A stretch of 64,000 nt of DNA from Acidimicrobiales bacterium. Its GTDB lineage: Bacteria; Actinomycetota; Acidimicrobiia; Acidimicrobiales; Bin134. Below the pieces are notes generated by a model. The model saw nothing but the letters and a program-made list of their open reading frames with translations, searched no databases and was not told where the DNA came from. Position numbers and translations under genes: made by a program. The DNA lies in the NCBI GenBank assembly GCA_963663255.1, contig OY760141.1:2765103-2829102 (forward strand), written 5' to 3'. How positions within the stretch are numbered: position 1 is the first letter of the stretch; every line of letters begins with the position of its first letter. This document shows, piece by piece, positions 41,819 through 50,672 of the stretch.

Positions 41819-43414
41819 CTAGCCGCCGAACTCAGCGCCCCAATCACTGGTCAGGGGAACCACGTTGTCGGCATTGCAATCCAGCTCGCCCCGCTCTGCG
41901 GGATGCACCCGGACGAATTCGTTGTTCTGCACCTGCATCAACATGAAGCAGGGCATGATGTTCTCAGTGGTGGAGTAGTCCGCTGCGCTCCACCAGCCGT
42001 TCACGTCGAACGACGTCAGGTTGCGGGCGCCGTCCAGCACCGTCTGGCGGGTGAGGGCGTTGGGGCCGCCTTCGGCCACGATTCCGTTCACAACCTGCTC
42101 GAAGAGCACCCCGTCGGCCCACGAGCCCGCAGCCCATGCCGGCGGGAATGGGTTATCGATGGCCTCCATAAAGTCGGCCAGCTCTTGGTTGGTGTCGGCC
42201 TCATCGAAGGGCAGGAACCAAATCCACATGTAGGTGTTCTCAACCACATCGCCGGCTTCGAGGAAGCTGGGGGTGTAGCAGGCCAACTGGCACACCCAGT
42301 GCACGCTGTCGACGTCGAGGCCCTGAGCTTCGGCCTCACTGCGCCACTTGATCATCGACTGATCGTCGGAGCCGGAGTAGGCGAAGTTGGAGTTCGAGTC
42401 CCGCATGATCTGGATGAAGGCGCCGTACTCCGACTGGGTGGTGAAACCGCTCACGCCGGGCTCCCCATCGATGACCACGCCGATCTCCTGGAAGGCTCGT
42501 ACCTGGGGCATAGACGTAGCGATGGTGGAGGGCAGGTCGGAGGGCACCAGGTACACGCCGTTGAGCTCCGAAGACACGTTCTCCAAGAGGTACTGGATGT
42601 GGCCAACCTGACTCTGCACGGCCCGGTCGCCAGTGCCGGCGTAGGGGCACTCGCTGTTGGGCCGACTAGTGGCGAACGTCACGATCGAGCACTGGTGCGG
42701 CGGCTCAGTGGTGATGTAGGCGAAGTCGGGTACTCCGATTTCGTTGCCCTGGGCATCGGGGCAGCTCTGGAGGTCGGTGGTGTCGAGGGCGAACAGCGCC
42801 GTCGTACCGACGAGGGCAAACGCGTCCTCGCAGGCCACCAGGAAACCGTTGGTGGTCTCAGTGGGGTTGATGGCCGAGTCGTGTTCGATCACCTCGATCT
42901 GCCGGCAGGCCAAGCCGCCTTCGGCGTTCACATGATTGGCCCAGGCCTTGACACCGTCGATGGAGCCCTGGAAAAGACCGGGAGCCAGAGGAGAGCCGAC
43001 ATCAGCCATCACCAGCACGGTGATGGTGTCCTCGGTGACTCCGATGTCTGTGGCCTCCAAGTCAACGGCCTCGCACGGATCGACTTCGGGTTCTTCGGTC
43101 GCAACCGGCTCAGCTTCGGAGTCGTCCATGTCATCGTCCATGTCATCGTCCATGTCATCGTCCATGTCATCGTCCATGGAGTCATCGCCCATGTCATCGT
43201 CCATGTCATCGTCCATGTCATCGTCCATGTCATCGTCCATGGAGTCATCGACCATGTCGTCATCCATGGAATCGTCCATGTCATCTGGAGCTTCGGTGGG
43301 CGCGGCAGTGGGCGCGGCAGCACCCGAGTCGTCATCATCATTGCCGCCGCCGCAAGCCACAGCTACCAGTGCAAGCACGGCCAAAAGGCCGATAATCCAA
43401 CGGAGATGCTTCAC
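41819..43414 (-). CDS. LIV-type (Peripla_BP_6) ABC substrate-binding lipoprotein with (MDDD)n repeat tether
   Basis: 531 aa. Lipobox LVAVACGGGNDDDD, then DDMDDSMDDDMVDDSMDDDMDDDMDDDMDDDMGDDSMDDDMDDDMDDDMDDDMDDSE, then a LivJ-like body (VNAEGGLACRQIEVIEHDSAINP). Confidence 0.8.
   Translation of the reverse strand: MKHLRWIIGLLAVLALVAVACGGGNDDDDSGAAAPTAAPTEAPDDMDDSMDDDMVDDSMDDDMDDDMDDDMDDDMGDDSMDDDMDDDMDDDMDDDMDDSEAEPVATEEPEVDPCEAVDLEATDIGVTEDTITVLVMADVGSPLAPGLFQGSIDGVKAWANHVNAEGGLACRQIEVIEHDSAINPTETTNGFLVACEDAFALVGTTALFALDTTDLQSCPDAQGNEIGVPDFAYITTEPPHQCSIVTFATSRPNSECPYAGTGDRAVQSQVGHIQYLLENVSSELNGVYLVPSDLPSTIATSMPQVRAFQEIGVVIDGEPGVSGFTTQSEYGAFIQIMRDSNSNFAYSGSDDQSMIKWRSEAEAQGLDVDSVHWVCQLACYTPSFLEAGDVVENTYMWIWFLPFDEADTNQELADFMEAIDNPFPPAWAAGSWADGVLFEQVVNGIVAEGGPNALTRQTVLDGARNLTSFDVNGWWSAADYSTTENIMPCFMLMQVQNNEFVRVHPAERGELDCNADNVVPLTSDWGAEFGG
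43118..43285 (-). repeat. In-frame 12-nt tandem repeat encoding (MDDD)n
   Basis: Plus strand has reiterated gtcatcgtccat units, e.g. four consecutive copies at 43131-43178 and again at 43191-43238. Coding. Confidence 0.9.
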
Positions 43415-43526
43415 GTTTCCCCCTTCAACGGACCGGCGCGCTTCTCTTAACGGCGTACCGGATATTCAACGCGGCAGACAGTCTTACCCATGCAATCGTC
43501 CTTGCGCCACCTGCGGAAGAATCAAG

Positions 43527-43598
43527 CTCGGGAGGGAGGACTCGAACCCCCAATATCGGGACCAGAACCCGGTGTGTTGCCTATTACACCACTCCCGA
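43527..43598 (-). tRNA. tRNA-Gln (anticodon CUG)
   Basis: 72-nt cloverleaf read on the minus strand: TCGGGAG-TG-GTGT-AATAGGCA-ACAC-A-CCGGG-TTCTGGT-CCCGA-TATT-GGGGG-TTCGAGT-CCTCC-CTCCCGA-G. U1:A72 and G73 as in bacterial tRNA-Gln. One C27:A43 mismatch. CCA not encoded. Confidence 0.85.
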
Positions 43599-43658
43599 GA
43601 GCAGCCGCCAGTGTACTCCCCCACCTCTGCTCAGAAACAACGCATTAGTAGAGGAGGA

Positions 43659-45011
43659 TCAGAGTTGGGAGCGGGCATTTCGCAATCGGCGGAGGACTTC
43701 TTCCCTGCTCAGGTGCTGCACCATCGGCTCGAACAGCGGGGGGCCTACTGAACGGCCGGTAACGGCTACTCGGACGGGGGCTTGGGATTTGGAGCGGTTT
43801 ACACCGTTGGACTCGCCCACGGCGAAGACGGCGTCCTTGACGGTGTCAGGGTCCCAGGGGCAGTCGGCTAGGGCTGCGATGGTGCCGTCGAGGATCTGGG
43901 CGGAGGCTTTGCCCCGCACGACCGACTTATCCCAGGACATTTCGTCCAGCGGGGGCTCGGGGCAGAACAGCCAGTCCAACTGGGGAACGATGCCTGCCAG
44001 GGTGCGCAGCTTCTCTTGCACTAGCGGGATCATCGAGGCGATCACTTCGGGGCGGTAGTGCTCGGGAGGCCACGGCACCTGGTCGGACTCCAGAAACGGG
44101 GCTAGCGCGGCCAGCAGCTCCTCCGGCCCGAGGTCCCGGATGTACACCCCGTTGAAGTGCTCCAGCTTGGCCAGGTCGAAGAAGGCCGGTGCCTTGTTCA
44201 CGTCCTCCAGCCGAAACTGCCCGATGATCTCAGCCATAGGACGGATCTCCACCCCATCACGGGGCCCCCAGCCCAGAAGAGCTAGGTAGTTGGCCATGGC
44301 CGGGGCCAGATAACCCCGTTGGCGATAGCTCTCCAGCGACACGTCGTCGCGGCGCTTGGACAGCTTCTTGCGCTGCTCGTTCACCAGCAAGGGTAGGTGG
44401 GCGTAGACCGGCGGAGTCGCCCCCAGCGCCTTGGCCACTAGGACCGCCCTCGGGGTGCTTGACAGCAAGTCCTCGCCCCGGATGGCATGGGTGATCGCCA
44501 TGTCGGCGTCGTCAACTGCGTTGGCCAGCACGAAGGTGGGCGAGCCGTCAGAGCGCCAGATCACAAAATTGCCCAGCTGGGCGTGGTCCACCGCGACTTC
44601 GCCCCGGATCACATCGTCGATCACCGTCGTCCCCTCAGGAGTCCGGAACCGCACCGCCCGGCCATCGGCCATTTCTGTACCAGGAATCTCGTTGTCGTCG
44701 GAGTCACACAAGTAGGCCCCGCCATCATTCAACAGTTGCTGGGCGGCCTCCCGATGACGGTCCCGGCGCTCCGACTGGTAGTACGGCCCCTCGTCGTAGT
44801 CGATGCCCAGCCACGCCAGGTATTCGAAAATAGCGTCGGTCAGCTCGGGTCGGTTGCGGCTCTCATCGGTGTCTTCAATCCGCAGAACCATGGTTCCGCC
44901 GGAAGAGCGGGCGAACAGCCAGTTGAACAGGGCCGTTCTAGCCGAGCCGACATGGAGATAGCCGGTGGGCGACGGCGCAAACCGTACCCGCGGCTTGCCA
45001 GCCGAACTCAC
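43659..45011 (-). CDS. gltX: Glutamate--tRNA ligase
   Basis: Start chosen at GTG 45011 (overlaps the upstream stop, GTGA). VRFAPSPTGYLHVGSART (HIGH) and KLSKR (KMSKS). Confidence 0.9.
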   Translation of the reverse strand: MSSAGKPRVRFAPSPTGYLHVGSARTALFNWLFARSSGGTMVLRIEDTDESRNRPELTDAIFEYLAWLGIDYDEGPYYQSERRDRHREAAQQLLNDGGAYLCDSDDNEIPGTEMADGRAVRFRTPEGTTVIDDVIRGEVAVDHAQLGNFVIWRSDGSPTFVLANAVDDADMAITHAIRGEDLLSSTPRAVLVAKALGATPPVYAHLPLLVNEQRKKLSKRRDDVSLESYRQRGYLAPAMANYLALLGWGPRDGVEIRPMAEIIGQFRLEDVNKAPAFFDLAKLEHFNGVYIRDLGPEELLAALAPFLESDQVPWPPEHYRPEVIASMIPLVQEKLRTLAGIVPQLDWLFCPEPPLDEMSWDKSVVRGKASAQILDGTIAALADCPWDPDTVKDAVFAVGESNGVNRSKSQAPVRVAVTGRSVGPPLFEPMVQHLSREEVLRRLRNARSQL

Positions 45012-45532
45012 TGGTGGATCAGCAACTTGGATCGGTCTGCGGCACAGGCGGCCTCGATCTCGCTGGGAGACATCCGCAGAACCGACTCTGGCACCAGGCC
45101 CACCAGGTGCCGGGCCTCGGCATAGTGGTGGGGGTTGCTGACACCGGTGAACAGCTCCTTGCGCCAAGCCACCAGCGACTCATCAGGGTCGGGGGGCAGG
45201 AACCCGAACACCCGGAAGGCCACCTCAAGATCGACGCCCACCGGAGCCCGACCAAAAGATGCCGCCCGCTTCAGGGCCACGCCGACACAGCCGGCGATCG
45301 CGTCCTCGGCACTTTCTCCGGGACCTAACAGCAGACGGCCCTCAAAGCGGCGGGCCAGCCGCAGGGCATATCCCTGGTCGGGTCCGGGTACACCCAGTCC
45401 GGCACCCGTGGGCTGACCCTCGATCAGCTCTGCCGGCCGGTCGGCCAGCCACGGCTGGGGCCGCCGCGGCGGCGAGACATAGTGACGGTCGGCCACTGCG
45501 GTGTCATTGGGCACATAATCAGGCGCGGCCAT
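45008..45532 (-). CDS. Conserved hypothetical protein translationally coupled to gltX
   Basis: Start chosen at ATG 45532 (MAAPDYVPND...), which avoids overlap with cimA. No motif I recognise. Confidence 0.45.
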   Translation of the reverse strand: MAAPDYVPNDTAVADRHYVSPPRRPQPWLADRPAELIEGQPTGAGLGVPGPDQGYALRLARRFEGRLLLGPGESAEDAIAGCVGVALKRAASFGRAPVGVDLEVAFRVFGFLPPDPDESLVAWRKELFTGVSNPHHYAEARHLVGLVPESVLRMSPSEIEAACAADRSKLLIHQ

Positions 45533-45540
45533 CGCTACCC

Positions 45541-47211
45541 TCAGCTTTCTTTGGAGTCGCCGTCGTCGCTGTGGAGAAGGCCGTAGACCAGGCTGTCGAC
45601 CAGGGCCTGCCAGCTGGCTTCCACGATATTGGTGGACACGCCGATGGTGGTCCAAACCCGGTCGCCGTTGGTGGAGTCGATGATCACCCGGGTCACTGCC
45701 GCAGTGCCCGCCGCGGTGTCAAGCACCCGCACCTTGTAGTCGATGAGGGAGATCGACCGGAATGCCGGATAGCGATCACCCAGGGCCAACATCAATGCGG
45801 CGTGCAGGGCGTTGACCGGGCCGTTGCCCTCGCCGGTGGCCACTTTGCGCTCGCCTCCCACGTGGAGCTTCACGGTGGCCTCTGTGTCCATTTCCACCGC
45901 CACCTCGTTCCAGGCCCGCGCCCCCGTACCCGACCGGTGCTCGGTGGCCACCTTGAACGACTCCAGTTCGAAGAACGGCTGCGTCCACCCCGAGGCCCCC
46001 CTCATCAGGAGTTCCAAAGAGGCGTCGGCCACCTCGAAGTGGTAGCCGGCGTGCTCCAGCCTCTTAAGGGTGTCCACAATCTCGCCGACTGCTTTGCCGT
46101 CGAGGTCGAGGCCCAGCTCCTCGGCTTTGAGCTCCACCGTCGAGCGCCCCGCCATCTCCGACACCACGAACCGGGTGCCATTGCCCACCGCGGCCGGGTT
46201 GATGTGCTCGTAGGCATCGGGGCGGCGGGATATGGCGCTGGTATGGAGGCCGGCCTTGTGGGCAAAGGCCGACGACCCCACATAGGCCTGTTGGGGGTCA
46301 GGTGTGAAGTTCACTAGCTCGGCTACATGGTGCGACACCGCGGTGAGACGCTCCAGCCGATCGGCGGGGACAGTCTCCACCCCCATCTTGAGGCTGAGGT
46401 TGGCGATTATCGGCACCAGGTTGCAGTTACCGGTGCGTTCGCCGTAGCCGTTGATTGTGCCCTGAACCTGGATGGCCCCGGCTCTTACTCCGGCCAATGC
46501 ATTGGCCACTCCGCACCCGGTGTCGTCGTGGAGGTGGACCCCTACCGGTGTGTCCAGGTAGTCGACCACCGCGCCCACAATGTCCTCGACCCGAGTCGGC
46601 AGCGAGCCCCCGTTGGTATCGCACAGCACCAACCGATCGGCCCCGGCCACCGCAGCGGCCTCCAGCACGGCAAGGCTGTACTCCTGGTTGTCCTGGTAGC
46701 CGTCAAAGAAGTGCTCGGCGTCGAAGAACACCCGTAAACCGCGGTCCTTCAAGAACCGCACCGAGTCGGCCACCATGGCCACTCCCTCGTCCAGTGTGGT
46801 GCGCAGGGCCTCGAGCACGTGGTAGTCCCAGCACTTCCCCACGATGCAGGCCACCTCGGTGCCTGAGGCCACCAAATTGGCCAGCGTGAGATCTTCGTCG
46901 GTTCGCCCTTTGGCTCGGCGAGTAGAACCGAATGCCACCAGTGTGCTGGTCTCCAGGACCAACTCATCACGGGCCCGGGCGAAGAACTCGTCGTCTTTGG
47001 GATTCGAGCCGGGCCAACCGCCTTCGATGAAGTGGACGCCGAGAGAGTCGAGTTGGCGGGCGATTCGGAGCTTGTCCTCAACCGTGAGTGAGATGCCCTC
47101 GAGCTGGCTCCCGTCGCGAAGCGTGGTGTCGTAGATCTCAACCGCGGCGGGCAGAGATATACCCCCTACCGGATCAGAAGGGCCTACTGACCCTGCCTCA
47201 ACAGTCGACAT
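45541..47211 (-). CDS. cimA: (R)-citramalate synthase / LeuA-family (CimA-like)
   Basis: 556 aa; IYDTTLRDGSQLEGISLTVEDKLRIARQLDSLGVHFIEGGWPGSNPKD, HLHDDTGCGVANAL, C-terminal LeuA_dimer-like region. Confidence 0.8.
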   Translation of the reverse strand: MSTVEAGSVGPSDPVGGISLPAAVEIYDTTLRDGSQLEGISLTVEDKLRIARQLDSLGVHFIEGGWPGSNPKDDEFFARARDELVLETSTLVAFGSTRRAKGRTDEDLTLANLVASGTEVACIVGKCWDYHVLEALRTTLDEGVAMVADSVRFLKDRGLRVFFDAEHFFDGYQDNQEYSLAVLEAAAVAGADRLVLCDTNGGSLPTRVEDIVGAVVDYLDTPVGVHLHDDTGCGVANALAGVRAGAIQVQGTINGYGERTGNCNLVPIIANLSLKMGVETVPADRLERLTAVSHHVAELVNFTPDPQQAYVGSSAFAHKAGLHTSAISRRPDAYEHINPAAVGNGTRFVVSEMAGRSTVELKAEELGLDLDGKAVGEIVDTLKRLEHAGYHFEVADASLELLMRGASGWTQPFFELESFKVATEHRSGTGARAWNEVAVEMDTEATVKLHVGGERKVATGEGNGPVNALHAALMLALGDRYPAFRSISLIDYKVRVLDTAAGTAAVTRVIIDSTNGDRVWTTIGVSTNIVEASWQALVDSLVYGLLHSDDGDSKES

Positions 47212-48118
47212 GCTCGTTCCAGTGCCGGTATTGGGCCTGTCGACCCCGCACCGCGTCTTGGAACACCTCTTGGATCTTGCGGGTGATCGGGCCGGGGTCG
47301 CCTATCTCGCGGTCGTCCACCGACCGGATGGGCACCACCTCGGCCGCAGTGCCCGACAAGAATGCTTCATCGGCCAGATAGAGATCGCTGCGCAGCAGGT
47401 TGTCGGCCACATAGGGGATGCCTAGATCGCTGGCCATCGTTCGGATGGCATCCTGGGTGATCCCCTCCAACGCCCCCACCGAGGTGGGCGGGGTAACGAT
47501 GGTGCCGTCGCGCACCACAAACAGGTTCTCGCCGGTGCACTCGCTGACGTAGCCCTGAGGCGACAGCAAGATGGCTTCGTCGTAGCCGGCCTTCACCGCC
47601 TGCACCTTGGCCAGCTGGCTGTTGATGTAGTGCCCGCAGCCTTTGGCCGCGGTGGGCATGGAATTGGGGTCGTGGCGCTGCCAGGAGCTGACCATCAGCC
47701 GCACCCCGTTCCTGATCCCCTCATCGCCTAGATATGCCCCCCAGGGCCACACCGCGATGGCCACGTTGACCTCGCACGGCAGCGGGTTCAGCCCCATCTC
47801 GCCGTAGCCCAGGTAGGCCAGCGGGCGGATATAGCCACTCGTCATGTTGTTGACCCGCACGGTCTCTTTGGTGGCGGCCACAAGCTCCTCCACCGTGTAG
47901 GGAATGTCGATCTGGAGGATCTTGGCGCTGGCAAACAGCCGGCGGATATGAGGGGTGAGCCGGAAGACCGCGGCCCCCTCGTCGGTCTCGTAGGCCCGAA
48001 TGCCCTCGAACACGCCATTGCCATAGTGGAGCGTGTGGGTGAGCACGTGCACGGTGGCGTCAGCCCAATCCACCAGCTCGCCATCCATCCACACCTTCTC
48101 CGTGGTCTCGATCGGCAT
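47198..48118 (-). CDS. ilvE: Branched-chain amino acid aminotransferase (class IV)
   Basis: 306 aa; HTLHYGNGVFEGIRAY, AKGCGHYINSQLA, ECTGENLF. Confidence 0.9.
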   Translation of the reverse strand: MPIETTEKVWMDGELVDWADATVHVLTHTLHYGNGVFEGIRAYETDEGAAVFRLTPHIRRLFASAKILQIDIPYTVEELVAATKETVRVNNMTSGYIRPLAYLGYGEMGLNPLPCEVNVAIAVWPWGAYLGDEGIRNGVRLMVSSWQRHDPNSMPTAAKGCGHYINSQLAKVQAVKAGYDEAILLSPQGYVSECTGENLFVVRDGTIVTPPTSVGALEGITQDAIRTMASDLGIPYVADNLLRSDLYLADEAFLSGTAAEVVPIRSVDDREIGDPGPITRKIQEVFQDAVRGRQAQYRHWNEHVDC

Positions 48119-48164
48119 CGTGCTCAGATCCCTTCTGGATTCACAGCTTTGCTATTCAACGGTC

Positions 48165-49145
48165 TTACACCCGCTCGGCGATGGCATCGCCGATCTCGGT
48201 TGTGGTCCCATATTGAGTTGTAGGGTCGGCACAGGCAGCCCGAATCCGGCTGGCGGCATCGGTCTCGCCCAAGAACTCAACCATCATCGCGGCCGACAAA
48301 ATCGCGGCGGTGGGGTTGGCCCGGCCGGTCCCCACAATATCGGGTGCGGAGCCGTGAACCGGCTCAAACATCGACGGCCCGGTGCGATCGGGGTTCAGAT
48401 TGGCCGAGGCGGCCAGCCCTATGCCTCCGGAGACCGCCCCGCCAAGATCGGTGAGGATGTCGCCGAACAGGTTGTCAGTCACGATCACGTCGTAGCTCTT
48501 GGGGTCTTCCACAAAGTAAATGCAGGCGGCGTCCACGTGGTTGTAGGCGGTAGCCACGTCGGGATACTCCTCGGCCACCACGTTGAACGTCCGCTCCCAG
48601 AGGTCGCCGGCGAAGGTCAAGACGTTGGTCTTGTGTACCAGGGTGAGGTGGCGACCCGGACGGCTGCGGGCCAACTCGAAGGCGTAGCGTACACAGCGCT
48701 CAACTCCGAAGCGGGTGTTGACCGATCCCTGGGTGGCCACTTCGTGAGGGGTGTAGCGGCGCAGAAACCCACCCTCGCCGGCGTAGGTGCCCTCAGTGTT
48801 CTCGCGGATCACCTCGAATTCGAAGGAGCCGCCGGGGTCCCGGAACGGACGGCGGTTCACGTACAGGTCGAGCTCGAAGCGCATCCGCAGCAAGAGCCCC
48901 CGCTCGATGACGCCAGGGGGAACGTCGGGAGTCCCCACCGCCCCCACGTAGAGGGCGTCCAGTCCCCGCCACTCCTCCATGATCTCGTCGGTAAGCACGG
49001 TGCCGTCCCGTAGGTAGCGGGCGCCTCCGAGGTCGTAAGTCACCGTGTCGAGCTCCACACCGGCCGCGGACAGCACCTTCAGGCCCTCGGCGACGACCTC
49101 AGGGCCTATTCCATCGCCGCCAACAACTCCAATAACGTGGGCCAT
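48165..49145 (-). CDS. leuB: 3-isopropylmalate dehydrogenase
   Basis: 326 aa; [18 protein letters not shown]-like [32 protein letters not shown]. Confidence 0.85.
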   Translation of the reverse strand: MAHVIGVVGGDGIGPEVVAEGLKVLSAAGVELDTVTYDLGGARYLRDGTVLTDEIMEEWRGLDALYVGAVGTPDVPPGVIERGLLLRMRFELDLYVNRRPFRDPGGSFEFEVIRENTEGTYAGEGGFLRRYTPHEVATQGSVNTRFGVERCVRYAFELARSRPGRHLTLVHKTNVLTFAGDLWERTFNVVAEEYPDVATAYNHVDAACIYFVEDPKSYDVIVTDNLFGDILTDLGGAVSGGIGLAASANLNPDRTGPSMFEPVHGSAPDIVGTGRANPTAAILSAAMMVEFLGETDAASRIRAACADPTTQYGTTTEIGDAIAERV

Positions 49146-49201
49146 AGCTCATCAGAATACGAATACGGCGACTCCGAAAGCGAACACTAAACTGGTTGGC
49201 T

Positions 49202-49675
49202 ATGCCGGAAACCCATGAACTGTCGCAGAAGGCATACGACCGTTTGAATGCCGAGTTCGAGCAGCTCACCACGGTCGGGCGAGTGGACATCGCCCGCAAG
49301 ATCGAAGCGGCCCGCGAGCTGGGCGATCTGAGTGAGAATGGCGACTACCACGCAGCCAAAGACGAGCAAGGGAAAATGGAGACCCGTATCGCCCTGCTCG
49401 GCGCACTGCTGAGGAATTGCCAAATCGTTGAGGCGGGCGACGGTACCAAGGTTGCAGTGGGGTCGGTGGTTACCGTGGCCCACGACGGAGATCCCGATGA
49501 CGTTGAGACCTATCTGGTGGGATCGATCGAGGAGCGCCACGACGGCCTCGACGTGATCTCCCCCGCCTCTCCGATGGGGTCGGCCATCTTGGGGGCAGCA
49601 GTGGGTGACACCTTGTCCTATGAGAGCCCCGCTGGGGGCACGCTCACCGTGCAAATCGTGTCCCTTGAGCAGTAG
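49202..49675 (+). CDS. greA: Transcription elongation factor GreA
   Basis: Start chosen at ATG 49202; ARELGDLSENGDYHAAKDEQ. Confidence 0.9.
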   Translation: MPETHELSQKAYDRLNAEFEQLTTVGRVDIARKIEAARELGDLSENGDYHAAKDEQGKMETRIALLGALLRNCQIVEAGDGTKVAVGSVVTVAHDGDPDDVETYLVGSIEERHDGLDVISPASPMGSAILGAAVGDTLSYESPAGGTLTVQIVSLEQ

Positions 49676-49749
49676 CGGCGCCTTGATCAGAAGCGGCGAC
49701 GTCCCCCGGGAAGCAGGTCGGATGGTCTCCCTTGAGCAGTAGCGGCGCC
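49661..49749. repeat. 22-bp direct repeat pair duplicating the greA 3' end
   Basis: TCCCTTGAGCAGTAGCGGCGCC at 49661-49682 and 49728-49749. Confidence 0.9.
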
Positions 49750-50640
49750 CCGGTCGGCCCCAGCCTGCCGCCGGGAGAGTTCATCGATCTGCCCGATCGG
49801 GGTCGGGTGTTCGTCCGCCGTATCGAGGGACCGCCTGATTCGCCCACCGTCATGTTGCTCCACGGGTGGACGGTGACCGCGGACTTGAACTGGTACCCGG
49901 CATTCCAACCGCTTTCGCAACGGGCCTCAGTATTGGCGTTCGACCATCGGGGCCACGGCCTGGGCATTCCCACCAGGCGATTCCAGTTCTCTGACTGCGC
50001 CGACGACGTTTTGGCCGTGGCCGACGCTCTGGGTATCGACCGCTTCGTGTGCGTGGGGTATTCCATGGGCGGTGCCATCGCCCAATTGGCCGCCAGTGCC
50101 GCGCCCGACCGAATAGCCGGGCTGGTTTTGGGTGCCACCTCCACCAGCTTTCGTGGGCGAGGACTGCGGGCCATTCGGTTCTCGCTGCTCCCCGTTGTGG
50201 CCGCCGCCTCCCGATTGACTCCGATGAAGTTGCGGTACTGGGGCTGGGAGCAAACTGTATTCAACGTAATCGGCACCAATATCGGCCGATGGGCCCAGGC
50301 CGAGGTTCTCAAGGGCGATCCTCAGGCGATGCTCGATGCCGGAACCGAGCTGTTCAACTTCGACTCCTCGCCGTGGATTGCGGAGTTGCCCATGCCGATC
50401 GCCCAGATCCGCACGCTGGGCGACAAAGTGGTGCCCGACTATCTCCAACAAGAACTGGCCGACGGCGTCTCCGACATTCGGGTCTTCTCCTATCGGGGCG
50501 GCCATGCGTCGGTGGTCACCGACTTCGACAGCTTCTGGGGCTGCCTGAGCAAGGCCCTCGATTCGGTGGGGGTACCCGCCCGTACCCGGTCTGAGAGCAG
50601 TTCTTTTTCTGACCCTTCCGCGTCTGAGGCCAGCCGATAG
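49732..50640 (+). CDS. Alpha/beta-fold hydrolase
   Basis: 302 aa; LLHGWTV, nucleophile elbow GYSMGG. The only in-frame start is TTG 49732, inside the repeat copy. Confidence 0.75.
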   Translation: MSSSGAPVGPSLPPGEFIDLPDRGRVFVRRIEGPPDSPTVMLLHGWTVTADLNWYPAFQPLSQRASVLAFDHRGHGLGIPTRRFQFSDCADDVLAVADALGIDRFVCVGYSMGGAIAQLAASAAPDRIAGLVLGATSTSFRGRGLRAIRFSLLPVVAAASRLTPMKLRYWGWEQTVFNVIGTNIGRWAQAEVLKGDPQAMLDAGTELFNFDSSPWIAELPMPIAQIRTLGDKVVPDYLQQELADGVSDIRVFSYRGGHASVVTDFDSFWGCLSKALDSVGVPARTRSESSSFSDPSASEASR

Positions 50641-50672
50641 CCTCACCCCCAACACAAGAAATCGGAGCACAA

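Noticed and set aside
43415-43526. Looked for a tRNA-Glu partner next to tRNA-Gln, since gltX - tRNA-Gln - tRNA-Glu is common in Actinobacteria.
   Set aside because: There is no TTCGAAT/TTCGAGT T-loop with matching acceptor stems on either strand in the flanks. Only tRNA-Gln can be folded.
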